Part shown: positions 8,776 through 18,061 of the stretch, in pieces
Position numbering within the stretch: the first letter of the stretch is position 1
Layout of the letters: each line of letters begins with the position of its first letter
DNA from: Minisyncoccota bacterium
GTDB lineage: Bacteria; Patescibacteriota; Minisyncoccia; Minisyncoccales; JAGOPM01
Reading direction: 5' to 3'
DNA length: 64,000 bases
Assembly: GCA_041651395.1 (NCBI GenBank)
Contig: JBAZJI010000001.1
Location: forward strand, 443,920 to 507,919
The notes under the pieces: generated by a model
The model's database searches: none
Seen by the model: the letters and a program-made list of their open reading frames with translations, nothing else
Told to the model about the DNA's origin: nothing
Translations under genes and position numbers: made by a program

Positions 8776-9513
8776 TTACTTCTTATTCTGCACCATCTTT
8801 TCCAGTTGCTTCTGAGCCAGAAAGTACTGGGCATTTTGGTTGGCGTCTTGAAAATTCACAAAAGATGCGCCCAGTTGCCGGCGGAAAATCAAAGTGGCAA
8901 TAATAGCTAAAATAAACGGTAAGATGACAAAATCTCCTAAATTGGCAGTCAGCCCGGTATTTAAGGCACTAGCCTGCACTGGTCCGGTCGTAGTTCCGGC
9001 TAAACCCTGCCTCCAAACAAAGGCCGTGGCAGTATCAGCCACCGGCACATGGCTCTTATCAAGCACGAAGACCGCGATTAATTCGTTTTGCCCATAAACC
9101 AAATTTTCGTTTTTGCCCACAATCGCAGTTAAGGTGATAACCTTAGTTTGCCCTTTGGCAATATCGCCCAAGAAAATCCCTTTCTTCTCATCATAGGTGA
9201 CAGCCTTCCCGTCAACCTTGATATCTTTTTGCATGGTCAGGTTGCGGCCTAAAATTGTCTGCACATACACCTGCCTTTGCACTTCTTTAGAAATATTTTC
9301 CACGTCCACGCGGTATTGGAGCGTGTCCTTTGGCGCGGCTTTAACCGCTTCCTGCCAAGGGGCTTGATTATTACCCGAAACTTTTACCCAGCTGCCGATG
9401 CTAATGGTGGGCGGCTGCTTGGAAACAATGGAATTGCTAGTCGAAGTAGCACCCAAAACAGTCCCGGCCATTAATATCCCCAGAAGCGCGAATAAAAATA
9501 AGGTCTTTTTCAT
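8776..9513 (-). CDS. Hypothetical surface protein (signal peptide plus C-terminal TM anchor)
   Basis: 245 aa with an N-terminal signal-like MKKTLFLFALLGILMAGTVLG, a beta-rich middle and a C-terminal hydrophobic helix FVILPFILAIIATLIF followed by RRQ. Confidence 0.55.
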   Translation of the reverse strand: MKKTLFLFALLGILMAGTVLGATSTSNSIVSKQPPTISIGSWVKVSGNNQAPWQEAVKAAPKDTLQYRVDVENISKEVQRQVYVQTILGRNLTMQKDIKVDGKAVTYDEKKGIFLGDIAKGQTKVITLTAIVGKNENLVYGQNELIAVFVLDKSHVPVADTATAFVWRQGLAGTTTGPVQASALNTGLTANLGDFVILPFILAIIATLIFRRQLGASFVNFQDANQNAQYFLAQKQLEKMVQNKK

Positions 9514-9573
9514 ATATTTGTTTTCTGCTCACATAATTGCACAAAACCCATAGCCTGTAAAGGGCGAATCGGC

Positions 9574-9600
9574 CGCAAAAAAAGCCCTAAAAAAGGGCGT
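9574..9600 (-). terminator. Putative rho-independent terminator
   Basis: Minus strand: GCCCT-tttttt-AGGGC followed by TTTTTTTGCG. The stem is short (5 bp) but the U-tract is strong. Confidence 0.4.
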
Positions 9601-9602
9601 TA

Positions 9603-10130
9603 TTATGCTTTATTTGTTACTTTGCTCTGGGCACTTTGAAGGATTTTTTTGTAAGTAGGCTTGGATTTTTTCGGTATCTTGGAAACAACTTCGGGTTTCG
9701 AAACAATACGCATGAAACTCAAATCATCATATGAAAAATCTTTGACAAGCTCCAAAATATCCAAACCCTTGGCAATGGCTATTTTCATAACCTTGAGGTC
9801 TTCGCGAATCTCGTAGACGTATAAGATCAGGGCCTCGGGCCTAATCGCATTTGACTCGCCTGAAAGTACTTTGACGGTTTGCGGCAGGGGGTAACTGCCG
9901 GCCAAGGTTTTGAGCGCTTTATAGCTCTCCTTGAAGGTGATAATCATTTCAATGCAACGCGAAAGGGTGATTTTGCCGGATTCCAACTCCTTTCGAGCAG
10001 CCTTTCTGGCATCAACTCGGCCAAAGCGCAATTTCCAAGTTTGAGTATTTTCAAAATTCTGCCGATCGTCCAAATCTCCGGGGCGCAAACTGTCGGCGTA
10101 ACCCTTCTTCTCCTCCTTACATTCAACCAT
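9603..10130 (-). CDS. Hypothetical protein (orphan with own consensus promoter)
   Basis: 175-aa ORF with an AAGGAGG RBS, a promoter at 10181-10208 and a terminator downstream. No family recognised. Confidence 0.55.
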   Translation of the reverse strand: MVECKEEKKGYADSLRPGDLDDRQNFENTQTWKLRFGRVDARKAARKELESGKITLSRCIEMIITFKESYKALKTLAGSYPLPQTVKVLSGESNAIRPEALILYVYEIREDLKVMKIAIAKGLDILELVKDFSYDDLSFMRIVSKPEVVSKIPKKSKPTYKKILQSAQSKVTNKA

Positions 10131-10180
10131 AATTTTATAATCCTCCTTAGTGTCGATTTTTTTGAATAAAGGTACACTAA

Positions 10181-10208
10181 ATTATATCATTATTAAAATA
10201 TCTGTCAA
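10181..10208 (-). promoter_or_regulatory. Sigma-70 consensus promoter for ORF 9603-10130
   Basis: Minus strand: TTGACA (10203-10208), 16 nt, TATAAT (10181-10186). Confidence 0.55.
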
Positions 10209-10223
10209 CTACAAAATTATGAC

Positions 10224-10252
10224 AAACAAAAAAGCCGCCCCGGAAGGGGCGG
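10224..10252 (-). terminator. Rho-independent terminator after ferredoxin
   Basis: Minus strand: CCGCCCC-ttcc-GGGGCGG followed by CTTTTTTGTTTG. Confidence 0.7.
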
Positions 10253-10270
10253 ACTCCTTATTTTATTGAA

Positions 10271-10489
10271 TTATTTCTCGGTCTTAATGGCCTGCACCGG
10301 GCAGCCGTTAACCGCATCGTCAATTCCATTGATCGGCTCGTCGGAAACCAATTCCTCCCTTCCGGCCGGGCCTTTTGTGCCCTTAATCAAATGCGATTTG
10401 CCATCCGTGCCGATTTCGAAAACCTGCGGGCAGATAGCAGCACAAGCGCCGCATCCGATACATTTACTGGTCTCTAAAATTACCTTCAT
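10271..10489 (-). CDS. Small ferredoxin (single Fe-S cluster type)
   Basis: 72 aa with CIGCGACAAICP ... a distal GCP motif, as in Thermotoga/Pyrococcus-type mono-cluster ferredoxins. Confidence 0.8.
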   Translation of the reverse strand: MKVILETSKCIGCGACAAICPQVFEIGTDGKSHLIKGTKGPAGREELVSDEPINGIDDAVNGCPVQAIKTEK

Positions 10490-10537
10490 ATTTTTTATTT
10501 ACTTATTCTACAATTTTTAGGCTTAACTAGTCAATGA

Positions 10538-11515
10538 TTAAGCCGATTTCACAATAACTTTCACTTTTGTCCACTTTTTGGCGGGATCTTGAAAATTCCA
10601 TTTAGCGCCCATGGTTTTGACATTAGCCGTGGCATTAGCCGTGCCGAATTGCAAACCGTCGACAATGCTCCCAGTTCGCATATACGCGTATAGAAACCCG
10701 GCATTAAAAGAATCTCCCGCTCCAGTTTTATCAACCACTTTAGCCGGGAGTATTCCGGCCTTATAAATACTTTGTTCATCACAAGCTAAGGCGCCATCCT
10801 TGCCTAAAGTCAAAACTGCTAAACCGCCGGTTAACTTACAAATCTCCTTAGCCATCTCCTCATATTTTTTACCGCTCCCGCAAAGCACCTCCGCCTCTTC
10901 CTCGTTAAGGCTGATAATATCGATGCCTTTTAAGGCCTTTTTATTCTTGGAATAATATTCGGCTTGCGGCTTGCTGGGGTTGGCGTAAATCTTGGCCCCT
11001 TTTTCTTTGGCAAACTTAAAAACCAATGGCATGATAGTCAGATTTTTGCCCGTCATTGGCCCGACAAAAATCCACTTTGCGCAAATGCCCGATAAATCCA
11101 AATCCTTTTTGGAAAATTCCGAAGAAGCGCCCCGATAGACTAAAATTGTCCTATCTACCCCGGGGTGAATTAGCACGATTGATTGATTAGTCGGAACCTT
11201 TTTATTCTTTTTTACCAAAGAGACATCGGCTCCATACTTCTTAAGTTCAGTTAAAACATTGTCTCCCGGTAAATCGTCCCCCACCATGCCCGCCCACGCG
11301 GTTTTTACGCCAAAAAAAGCCAGCGCCGCCGAAACATTGCTGCCGCCCCCACCGGTAAATGACATTAAAGTTTGGGCATCAACTTTAGAGCCGAGCCGGA
11401 AACAATAAGCGACTTTTAAGTCCGCGACATGGTTATAAACATGATCCTCCTTAAAAAATAGATAAGTGTCGCGCGTACCCGAACCAATGGCGACTACGTC
11501 AAATTCTTTGCTCAT
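10538..11515 (-). CDS. PfkB-family carbohydrate kinase
   Basis: 325 aa with an N-terminal GG di-glycine region (FTGGGGSNVS) and the C-terminal PfkB signature DKTGAGDSFNAGF. There is a 4-nt overlap with the ppsA stop. Confidence 0.8.
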   Translation of the reverse strand: MSKEFDVVAIGSGTRDTYLFFKEDHVYNHVADLKVAYCFRLGSKVDAQTLMSFTGGGGSNVSAALAFFGVKTAWAGMVGDDLPGDNVLTELKKYGADVSLVKKNKKVPTNQSIVLIHPGVDRTILVYRGASSEFSKKDLDLSGICAKWIFVGPMTGKNLTIMPLVFKFAKEKGAKIYANPSKPQAEYYSKNKKALKGIDIISLNEEEAEVLCGSGKKYEEMAKEICKLTGGLAVLTLGKDGALACDEQSIYKAGILPAKVVDKTGAGDSFNAGFLYAYMRTGSIVDGLQFGTANATANVKTMGAKWNFQDPAKKWTKVKVIVKSA

Positions 11516-13941
11516 TTTGTTTGTTTTTGCTTTTGCGATTGCGCTAAAGCGTATAAAGTTTTCACCACTGCGTCGGGAGATAGAGAAATTGATTTAATCC
11601 CCGCCTCAATTAAGAAATCCGCAAAACCGGCAATCGTTGAGGGCGCATCCCCGCAGATACCTACATATTTGTTGTTTGCCACGCATTTGTCAACCGCCAT
11701 CTTGATAAGTTTCTTCACAGCCGGGTTAGTTTCATTGCCGATAATGGCTAAACCGCCATTGTCGCGATCCAAACCCAAGGAGCATTGGGTTAAATCGTTA
11801 GAGCCAATCGAAAAGCCGTCGCAAATTGCCAAGAACTCGTCAGCCAACATTACATTACTGGGTATTTCACACATAATATAAACTTTCAAACCATTTTTGC
11901 CGCGAGCCAAATCTGCCTCTTTCATCACTTCCGTTACCTTCAGCGCTTCCTCGGGCGTGCGGCAAAATGGGATCATGACATGCAAATTATCCAAGCCGTA
12001 AACCTCGCGCACCTTTTTCATAGCCAAACATTCCAATTTGAACGCCTCCTTAAAACGCGGGTCATAATAGCGGGAAGCGCCACGCCAGCCGATCATGGGG
12101 TTTTCTTCTTTGGGCTCAAATAGCTTTCCACCCAAAAGTGATTCGTATTCATTGGTCTTAAAATCAGAAAAACGTACAATCACCTCGCGCGGATAAAAGG
12201 CCGCAGCAATTTGGCTGACACCCTCGGCCAATTCATCGATAAAATACTGAGTTTTGCTCGGATAACCGGCCGTAAGCTCGTCTAACTTTTGCTTGATTTG
12301 CGTATCGGTAATTTTATCATAGTCGATAAGCGCCATGGGGTGAGCTTTAATCTTTTCCGCAATAATAAACTCTTCCCGCGCTAAACCCACACCCTCCACA
12401 GGCAAATAAGAATACTTAAAAGCGCCATCGGGCGTACCAATATTCATGGCAATTTTAACTGGCAATTCAGGAATTTCCTTCAAATCATAGCGCTGCATAT
12501 CAAAAGGCACTTGCCCCTCATAGACCCGGCCTGTACGGCCTTGCGAACAATCAACGGTCACTTCTTTTCCGCTTGCAAGCTTTTTGGAACCATCTTTAGT
12601 ACCGACAATACAAGGCACTCCCAACTCGCGCGAAACAATAGCGGCATGTGAAGTCGTCCCACCCTCATCGGTTACAATCGCCCCGGCAATACGCATAATC
12701 GGCACCCAATCCGGATCAGTCATTTTTGTAACCAAAACCTCACCCTTCTTAAACTCCGCAATTTTAGCCACATCTTGAATAATATGCACCTTACCTTGTC
12801 CGATTTTACTGCCAACGGCAATTCCTTGAACCACCTCCTTAAAGCCTTGAGGCTTGGTTTTATATTCCACAAAATAACGACCGACTTCCTCCTGTGCATG
12901 TACGGTTTCTGGTCTAGCCTGCACGATAAAAAGCTTCCCGGTTTGCCCGTCTTTGGCCCACTCCATATCCATAGGCAATTTATAATGTTCCTCGATTATT
13001 ATCGCCCATTCCGCCAACTTTAATACCTCATCTTGGGTAAGGCAAAATTGCTTCCACTCCTTCTCCGGAACCGAAACTTCCTTAATGCCGTTACCGCCAG
13101 CATAAACGTACTTCTGATCTTTGCGGCCTAGATTTTTAACGATTAAAGACTTAAATCCTTTTTTGAAAGTCGGTTTATGCACGATAAAAGTGTCTGGTGT
13201 AATCCTGCCCTTAACTATCATTTCCCCAATGCCATAAATGCCGTTAATGACAACCACATCGCGGAAGCCCGATTCGGTATCAAGGGAAAACATAACCCCC
13301 GAGGAGGCTAAATCCGAACGCACCATTTTCTGCACCAAAACTGAAATAGCCACACTTAACTGATCAAAACCCTTTTCGTCGCGATAAGCAATGGCCCGAG
13401 CTGTAAAAAGCGAAGCCATACAATCCTTAACCGCATTAAGCAGCTGGCTTTCGCCGGAAATGTTAAGCATGGTTTCGTGCTGCCCAGCAAAGCTGGCATT
13501 GGGCAAATCCTCGGCCGTGGCTGAGGAGCGCACGGCTACATCGACATTTTTCAAACCATACTCTTGGCAAAGTATTTTATAATTTTCCAAAATCTGCTGT
13601 TTCAAATCATCAGGAAAGCGGCCCCAGCGCACTTTGGCCATCAAGTCCTTAGAAGTTTTTTGTAGTAAGGGAATATTTTTGGCATCAAAATTAGTAAAAG
13701 TCTTTTTTAAGTGTTCGTCTATTTTATTGTGCGCCAAAAAATACCAAAACGAATCCGAGGTTAGGGCGAAAGCATTAGGAATGGGCACACCCTTGGCTGA
13801 AAGCTGCGAATACATTTCTCCCATCGAGGAATTTTTTCCGCCCACAAGCGCTACGTCTTCGCGACGTAGATCTTTTATCCAGATGATTAACTTTTTATCC
13901 ATATTTATTTTCTTCATTATAGCCTGAATTTCCAAAAACAA
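11512..13941 (-). CDS. ppsA: Phosphoenolpyruvate synthase (pyruvate, water dikinase)
   Basis: 809 aa with GGKNSSMGEM, the phospho-His loop GGTTSHAAIVSRELGVPCIVG and a C-terminal PEP-utilising TIM barrel (GSNDLTQ). The true start may be an internal Met at 13917 or 13902. Confidence 0.9.
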   Translation of the reverse strand: MFLEIQAIMKKINMDKKLIIWIKDLRREDVALVGGKNSSMGEMYSQLSAKGVPIPNAFALTSDSFWYFLAHNKIDEHLKKTFTNFDAKNIPLLQKTSKDLMAKVRWGRFPDDLKQQILENYKILCQEYGLKNVDVAVRSSATAEDLPNASFAGQHETMLNISGESQLLNAVKDCMASLFTARAIAYRDEKGFDQLSVAISVLVQKMVRSDLASSGVMFSLDTESGFRDVVVINGIYGIGEMIVKGRITPDTFIVHKPTFKKGFKSLIVKNLGRKDQKYVYAGGNGIKEVSVPEKEWKQFCLTQDEVLKLAEWAIIIEEHYKLPMDMEWAKDGQTGKLFIVQARPETVHAQEEVGRYFVEYKTKPQGFKEVVQGIAVGSKIGQGKVHIIQDVAKIAEFKKGEVLVTKMTDPDWVPIMRIAGAIVTDEGGTTSHAAIVSRELGVPCIVGTKDGSKKLASGKEVTVDCSQGRTGRVYEGQVPFDMQRYDLKEIPELPVKIAMNIGTPDGAFKYSYLPVEGVGLAREEFIIAEKIKAHPMALIDYDKITDTQIKQKLDELTAGYPSKTQYFIDELAEGVSQIAAAFYPREVIVRFSDFKTNEYESLLGGKLFEPKEENPMIGWRGASRYYDPRFKEAFKLECLAMKKVREVYGLDNLHVMIPFCRTPEEALKVTEVMKEADLARGKNGLKVYIMCEIPSNVMLADEFLAICDGFSIGSNDLTQCSLGLDRDNGGLAIIGNETNPAVKKLIKMAVDKCVANNKYVGICGDAPSTIAGFADFLIEAGIKSISLSPDAVVKTLYALAQSQKQKQTK

Positions 13942-13977
13942 AAAAGCAGGATTTCAACATCCTGCCTTTTCCATCAC

Positions 13978-15180
13978 TTAGTTGCAAGAACCGCCGCTGC
14001 TACTGGCTGTGCCATCCCCAATTCCCGGACTGGCAACGGTCTTGGATAAAATAGTGTCGCATTCTTTAGGCTTAACCGTGAAAGCCGCACAAATCGCCTT
14101 TTTGAACTCCTCGGGAGAGCGGTCCACTTGAACTTCATCGCCATTGATGATAATTGTCGGCGAGCCTTGGACATTATACTTTTTATTCAGCTCATCAAAA
14201 ACCGGAAAAGTTTCGGATTTGTCATTGATATTGTATTTCTTCATTGTCGCCGCGAAGCAAGCAGCCAACTTAGCCTCATCAATCTGGGCTTGTTTGGCGC
14301 AATCAGCATGCTTGTCGGTTTTTACAAAACAAGAAAGATATTTAGAAAACTTCTCGATTTGTTCGCTGGAAATGCAATACTGTCTGACGTTTTGTTCTGC
14401 TTCGGTAAAGCCATGCATGGTATAATTTACATAATAAACACCCATGGCGGCCTTATCTTTGAGCAAATCATAAACCGGCAAAAACATCTTTTCCGCCTGT
14501 AAACCGAATGGGCAATACGACATCACAAAGAGCTGTACCTCCGGCTTAACCGTAGCCTTAATCTGCACTGGCGCGGCCTCGGCCTTAGGAGCGGCTTCTT
14601 TAACTTCTACCGCTGGCTTAATCGGCTCCAAAGAATTTATAGCCGCGGGGAAAATATATTTTCCATCGCCGCTGACATAAACCAAACCGCGATTTTCTTT
14701 GGTTTTACTATCCATGAGAGTGATTTCGTAAACTCCACCCTCTTTTTTATATGACTTGAAAGCTAAATCCGGCAATTGTTCGGATTTAAGCTCAGCATTT
14801 ATATACTTAACAGTCTTGAGGGCTACCAAATAAGACAATAAAGGCTCAAACTTACTATTTTTTTCCGAGACTAATATTGCCACTTGGCTGGCAGGCGGGC
14901 AAGAACAGGTTCCATCTTTAATCTCTGAAACTTTCCCTGTTTCTGGGCTGGCAGACGCGGCCTCGGCCTCAGAAGTCTTAGAGGCCTCACTTGGCAAGTC
15001 ACAAGCAGCGTTTTGTTCGCTGTTATTGGCTTGGGCGCGAGCCTCATCGAGGGCTTTTTGCAGCCCCTGGTTGTTGCCATAAAGCGTCAGGAGGAAAATG
15101 GCGCTTATTGCCAACAACGAAATCAAGATAACATTTAAGCTAACTTTCCCTTTCGGGCTTTCGTGTTGCATAACTGTCAT
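13978..15180 (-). CDS. Membrane-anchored thioredoxin/DsbA-fold protein (CPFG variant), paralog A
   Basis: 400 aa with an N-terminal TM helix and an acidic/Ala-rich linker. The C-terminal Trx-like domain has FVMSYCPFGLQAEK and GSPTIIINGDEV. It is a paralog of 19134-20231 and ends in ...GGSCN. Confidence 0.6.
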   Translation of the reverse strand: MTVMQHESPKGKVSLNVILISLLAISAIFLLTLYGNNQGLQKALDEARAQANNSEQNAACDLPSEASKTSEAEAASASPETGKVSEIKDGTCSCPPASQVAILVSEKNSKFEPLLSYLVALKTVKYINAELKSEQLPDLAFKSYKKEGGVYEITLMDSKTKENRGLVYVSGDGKYIFPAAINSLEPIKPAVEVKEAAPKAEAAPVQIKATVKPEVQLFVMSYCPFGLQAEKMFLPVYDLLKDKAAMGVYYVNYTMHGFTEAEQNVRQYCISSEQIEKFSKYLSCFVKTDKHADCAKQAQIDEAKLAACFAATMKKYNINDKSETFPVFDELNKKYNVQGSPTIIINGDEVQVDRSPEEFKKAICAAFTVKPKECDTILSKTVASPGIGDGTASSSGGSCN

Positions 15181-16532
15181 TTATTTTTCATCTTTGCTAA
15201 AATATTAGCCGCTTTGCGAGGATCAGAGAAATTGGGAATTTTGTTTTCCTCCAAAACATTTATTCCCGGCAATGTCATCTTACCTCCTAAAAAGCAGCAA
15301 ACTATTGGTTTATCCGCATGCCTTTTGGCAGCATGTGCGATTATGTTAGCATTCTCGATTGGATTTGTCATTATTTGCATAGTCTGCAAAACTATCAGAG
15401 CAGAAATGTCTTTTTGGTCAAGTAAAGCATTTATGGCTGCTTCGTATTTCTGGGCCGTGGCATCACCCACTACATCGACAGGGTTGGCCTTTGACCAGGC
15501 CGGATGCATGACGCCGGGCGCCTCTAAAATTTTTAGGGTTTTATCGTCTAAATTTGCCAATTCTAAGCCAAACTCTTGACAAGCATCGGCCGTTAAAACA
15601 CCTACTCCGCCGCCATTGGTTACTATACCGATTTTGCCGTTAAAGCGCGGCTGCCAAGCCAAGGCCTTACATAAATCCAAGAGTTCTTCCACGCTTTGAG
15701 CCTCAATAGCGCCGGCTTTTTGGAATGCAGCCTGATAAATCTTATACTCTCCAGCCAAGGAACCAGTATGCGTGCTGGCGGCCTTTTTGCCTATCTCCCC
15801 TTTGCCGGCCTTAATAACTACGATTGGCTTATTTTGGCTGACTTCTTGGCAAACTTTGACAAAATCGCGGCCGTTATTAATTCCCTCAATATAAATTCCG
15901 ATAACCTTTGTTTGCGGGTCTTTGCCGCAGGCCAAAATTAATTCCGAAAGATTAATATCGCCCTCATTGCCAATAGAGATAATTTTTGAAAAGCCATAGT
16001 TCTGCGCCAATGACACATCAATTATCGAATCGATCATGGCACCGCTTTGCGAAATTAAAGCGATTGCTCCGGTTCTAGGGCTCGCCGGGGCAAATGACGC
16101 ATTAAGATTGGCCCAGGGATTAAGAACGCCCAAACAGTTCGGGCCTAAAAGCGGAATACCCGCCTTTTTCAAAGCCGCTGCCAGATCTTCCTGGATTTTT
16201 TGCCCCTCGGTTCCGGTTTCGGCAAATCCGGCAGAGATTATTACGACCGAGCCAACCTTATTAGCAATGCATTCGTTGACGATTATAGGCACTATTTTTG
16301 CCGGCACTGCAATAACTGCCAAATCAATAGCTACCCCAATATCCGAAAGCGACTTGTGTGTTTTGATACCAAAAATTTCCGCCTCGTTAGGGTTAACAAA
16401 ATATATTTCCCTATGTTCCTTCCCTTCAAGGACATTTTTTGCCAAGCCCGAGCCAACTGTATTAGGCAAGCTATTGGCCCCGATAATGGCAATGCTTTTT
16501 GGTTCAAATAACGTCTGAAAATTTTTGGGCAT
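15177..16532 (-). CDS. acdA: Acetyl-CoA synthetase (ADP-forming), alpha subunit
   Basis: CoA-binding N-terminus KSIAIIGAN..VG and the phospho-His region STHTGSLAG. About 450 aa, like Pyrococcus AcdA. I chose the ATG at 16532, 1 nt after the acdB stop; the ORF track extends to 16562. Confidence 0.8.
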   Translation of the reverse strand: MPKNFQTLFEPKSIAIIGANSLPNTVGSGLAKNVLEGKEHREIYFVNPNEAEIFGIKTHKSLSDIGVAIDLAVIAVPAKIVPIIVNECIANKVGSVVIISAGFAETGTEGQKIQEDLAAALKKAGIPLLGPNCLGVLNPWANLNASFAPASPRTGAIALISQSGAMIDSIIDVSLAQNYGFSKIISIGNEGDINLSELILACGKDPQTKVIGIYIEGINNGRDFVKVCQEVSQNKPIVVIKAGKGEIGKKAASTHTGSLAGEYKIYQAAFQKAGAIEAQSVEELLDLCKALAWQPRFNGKIGIVTNGGGVGVLTADACQEFGLELANLDDKTLKILEAPGVMHPAWSKANPVDVVGDATAQKYEAAINALLDQKDISALIVLQTMQIMTNPIENANIIAHAAKRHADKPIVCCFLGGKMTLPGINVLEENKIPNFSDPRKAANILAKMKNK

Positions 16533-16533
16533 A

Positions 16534-17148
16534 TTATTGTAAAATTTTGAAATCCACGGCAATGGCGGCTTGTTTGGCGGCCAGGACCGGATTAAAATCT
16601 ATTTCGGAAATGTTTGTCTCGTTTTCTGCCAACCGGCTAACTTTGCTGAGAAAGCTAGCCAGCGCCTCCAAATCAGCTGCTTCGCCACCGCGAGCTCCCT
16701 GCAATACTGCGAAGCCCTTTATTTCGCGTATCATTGCCAGAGCTTCTTCCTTACTGACTGGGCAAAGCCGAAAGGAAACGTCTTTTAGGATTTCGACAAA
16801 AATTCCCCCTAAACCAAACATGATCACCGGTCCAAACTGCCTGTCATACTTGACGCCAATGGACACTTGGTGTCCGCTTTCCATTTTTTGCACCATTATT
16901 TGTTTGGCTTTGGCTTGCAAATCCTTAAAGGCCATTTCTAACTCGTCGGCGTTTTTAATATTAATTTTAACCCCGCCAAGTTCCGAGCGATGCAAAACAT
17001 CATCACCCCAAATTTTGGCCACGACCGGATAGCCGATTTTTTGCGCATAATTTTGGGCTCGGCCAAAATCCTCAAATATCTCTGAGGGTGCGACCGGTAT
17101 AGAATATTTTTCCAACAGCTCCTTGCTCTTTTGAAAATCTAAAAGCAT
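16534..17148 (-). CDS. acdB: Acetyl-CoA synthetase (ADP-forming), beta subunit (ATP-grasp)
   Basis: ATP-grasp pattern YPVVAKIWGDDVLHRSELGGVKINI. The likely start is MLLDFQKSKELL at 17148; the ORF track extends to 17229. Confidence 0.75.
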   Translation of the reverse strand: MLLDFQKSKELLEKYSIPVAPSEIFEDFGRAQNYAQKIGYPVVAKIWGDDVLHRSELGGVKINIKNADELEMAFKDLQAKAKQIMVQKMESGHQVSIGVKYDRQFGPVIMFGLGGIFVEILKDVSFRLCPVSKEEALAMIREIKGFAVLQGARGGEAADLEALASFLSKVSRLAENETNISEIDFNPVLAAKQAAIAVDFKILQ

Positions 17149-17307
17149 ATTATCTGTATTATAACAAATAGTTACAAATATAGAAAAAGCCTCTTTGGAA
17201 GGCCGCAATGAGGGCACATTTTGAGGCATTATGTTAAAATATTAAGCAAAAAATAGGCTCCAATATTGGAGCCTTTAATAATTTCAGAGCAAGAATGCTA
17301 AGAATAG

Positions 17308-17889
17308 TTATTTTGATATGCGGTAAAAGATTTTTTTGGTGAAGGATGAAAAATGTTTGCAGAAGGACCAGAAAGTTTGAACAATTCGCGCCATAAAGTC
17401 AAAAATTATGCGCCAAATACGCTCAAAGAAGGCAACAATTTTTTTGCAGACATTTTTGAGTGAAGAGAATATCTGCCGTATCCATGCTGTGCCCGCGGAT
17501 AAATCAGCTACAATTACGCCGCGTAAACTTTTCTTAGTTGTTTTCGCCTTATAATTAAGCTTAATTCCGCGCTTTTCTGCACCCGCCTCGAATTCTTTCA
17601 TCATTTCAGTGAAATACAATGGCACGTTGTCGGGCTTGCAGTTTTGGATTTGCGCAAGACAAAGTGCGTAGATCATGCGCAACTCTTTTTTACTGAATTC
17701 CCTCATACAATGTCCGATACAATCAAGGTATAAAGATTTCTCAACTTTAAGCGATCCGCCATTGTGAACTAGAAGAACCTTGATGCGTTCGGGACCACTA
17801 TCGCGGCTAAAACCCGCAAATATTTCGGTTGCACTGTTATTAGAATCCCAACCATTAGGATGCTTTCCACCTTCAACAACTCTTCCCAT
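17308..17889 (-). CDS. Hypothetical protein (orphan with own consensus promoter)
   Basis: 193-aa ORF with an AAGGAGG RBS and a perfect TTGACA-17-TATAAT promoter upstream. The C-terminus is hydrophobic/amphipathic (IVAFFERIWRIIFDFMARIVQTFWSF). Confidence 0.55.
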   Translation of the reverse strand: MGRVVEGGKHPNGWDSNNSATEIFAGFSRDSGPERIKVLLVHNGGSLKVEKSLYLDCIGHCMREFSKKELRMIYALCLAQIQNCKPDNVPLYFTEMMKEFEAGAEKRGIKLNYKAKTTKKSLRGVIVADLSAGTAWIRQIFSSLKNVCKKIVAFFERIWRIIFDFMARIVQTFWSFCKHFSSFTKKIFYRISK

Positions 17890-17975
17890 ATTTACCTCCT
17901 TGGTAAATTGCTACGGCTTTTTTATACTAGGTAACCGCCCACCTTTTTCTAGAAGTATTTTTTACTTCCTGCAAT

Positions 17976-18004
17976 ATTATAGCACCTAATTATAATTATG
18001 TCAA
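17976..18004 (-). promoter_or_regulatory. Sigma-70 consensus promoter for ORF 17308-17889
   Basis: Minus strand: TTGACA (17999-18004), 17 nt, TATAAT (17976-17981). The leader is about 80 nt. Confidence 0.6.
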
Positions 18005-18012
18005 TAAGTAAT

Positions 18013-18043
18013 ACAAAAAAACCCTTATTTTACAAAGGGTTTT
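18013..18043 (-). terminator. Rho-independent terminator after gap
   Basis: Minus strand: AACCCTT-tgtaaaat-AAGGGTT followed by TTTTTTGTAT. Confidence 0.7.
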
Positions 18044-18061
18044 AATATTGCATTTGGGGTT

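Noticed and set aside
16036-17032. 103-177-aa + strand ORFs inside the acdA/acdB region
   Set aside because: They are antisense to well-supported Acd genes. They have no RBS, and their Ala/Ser/Pro/Leu-rich composition is typical of antisense frames.
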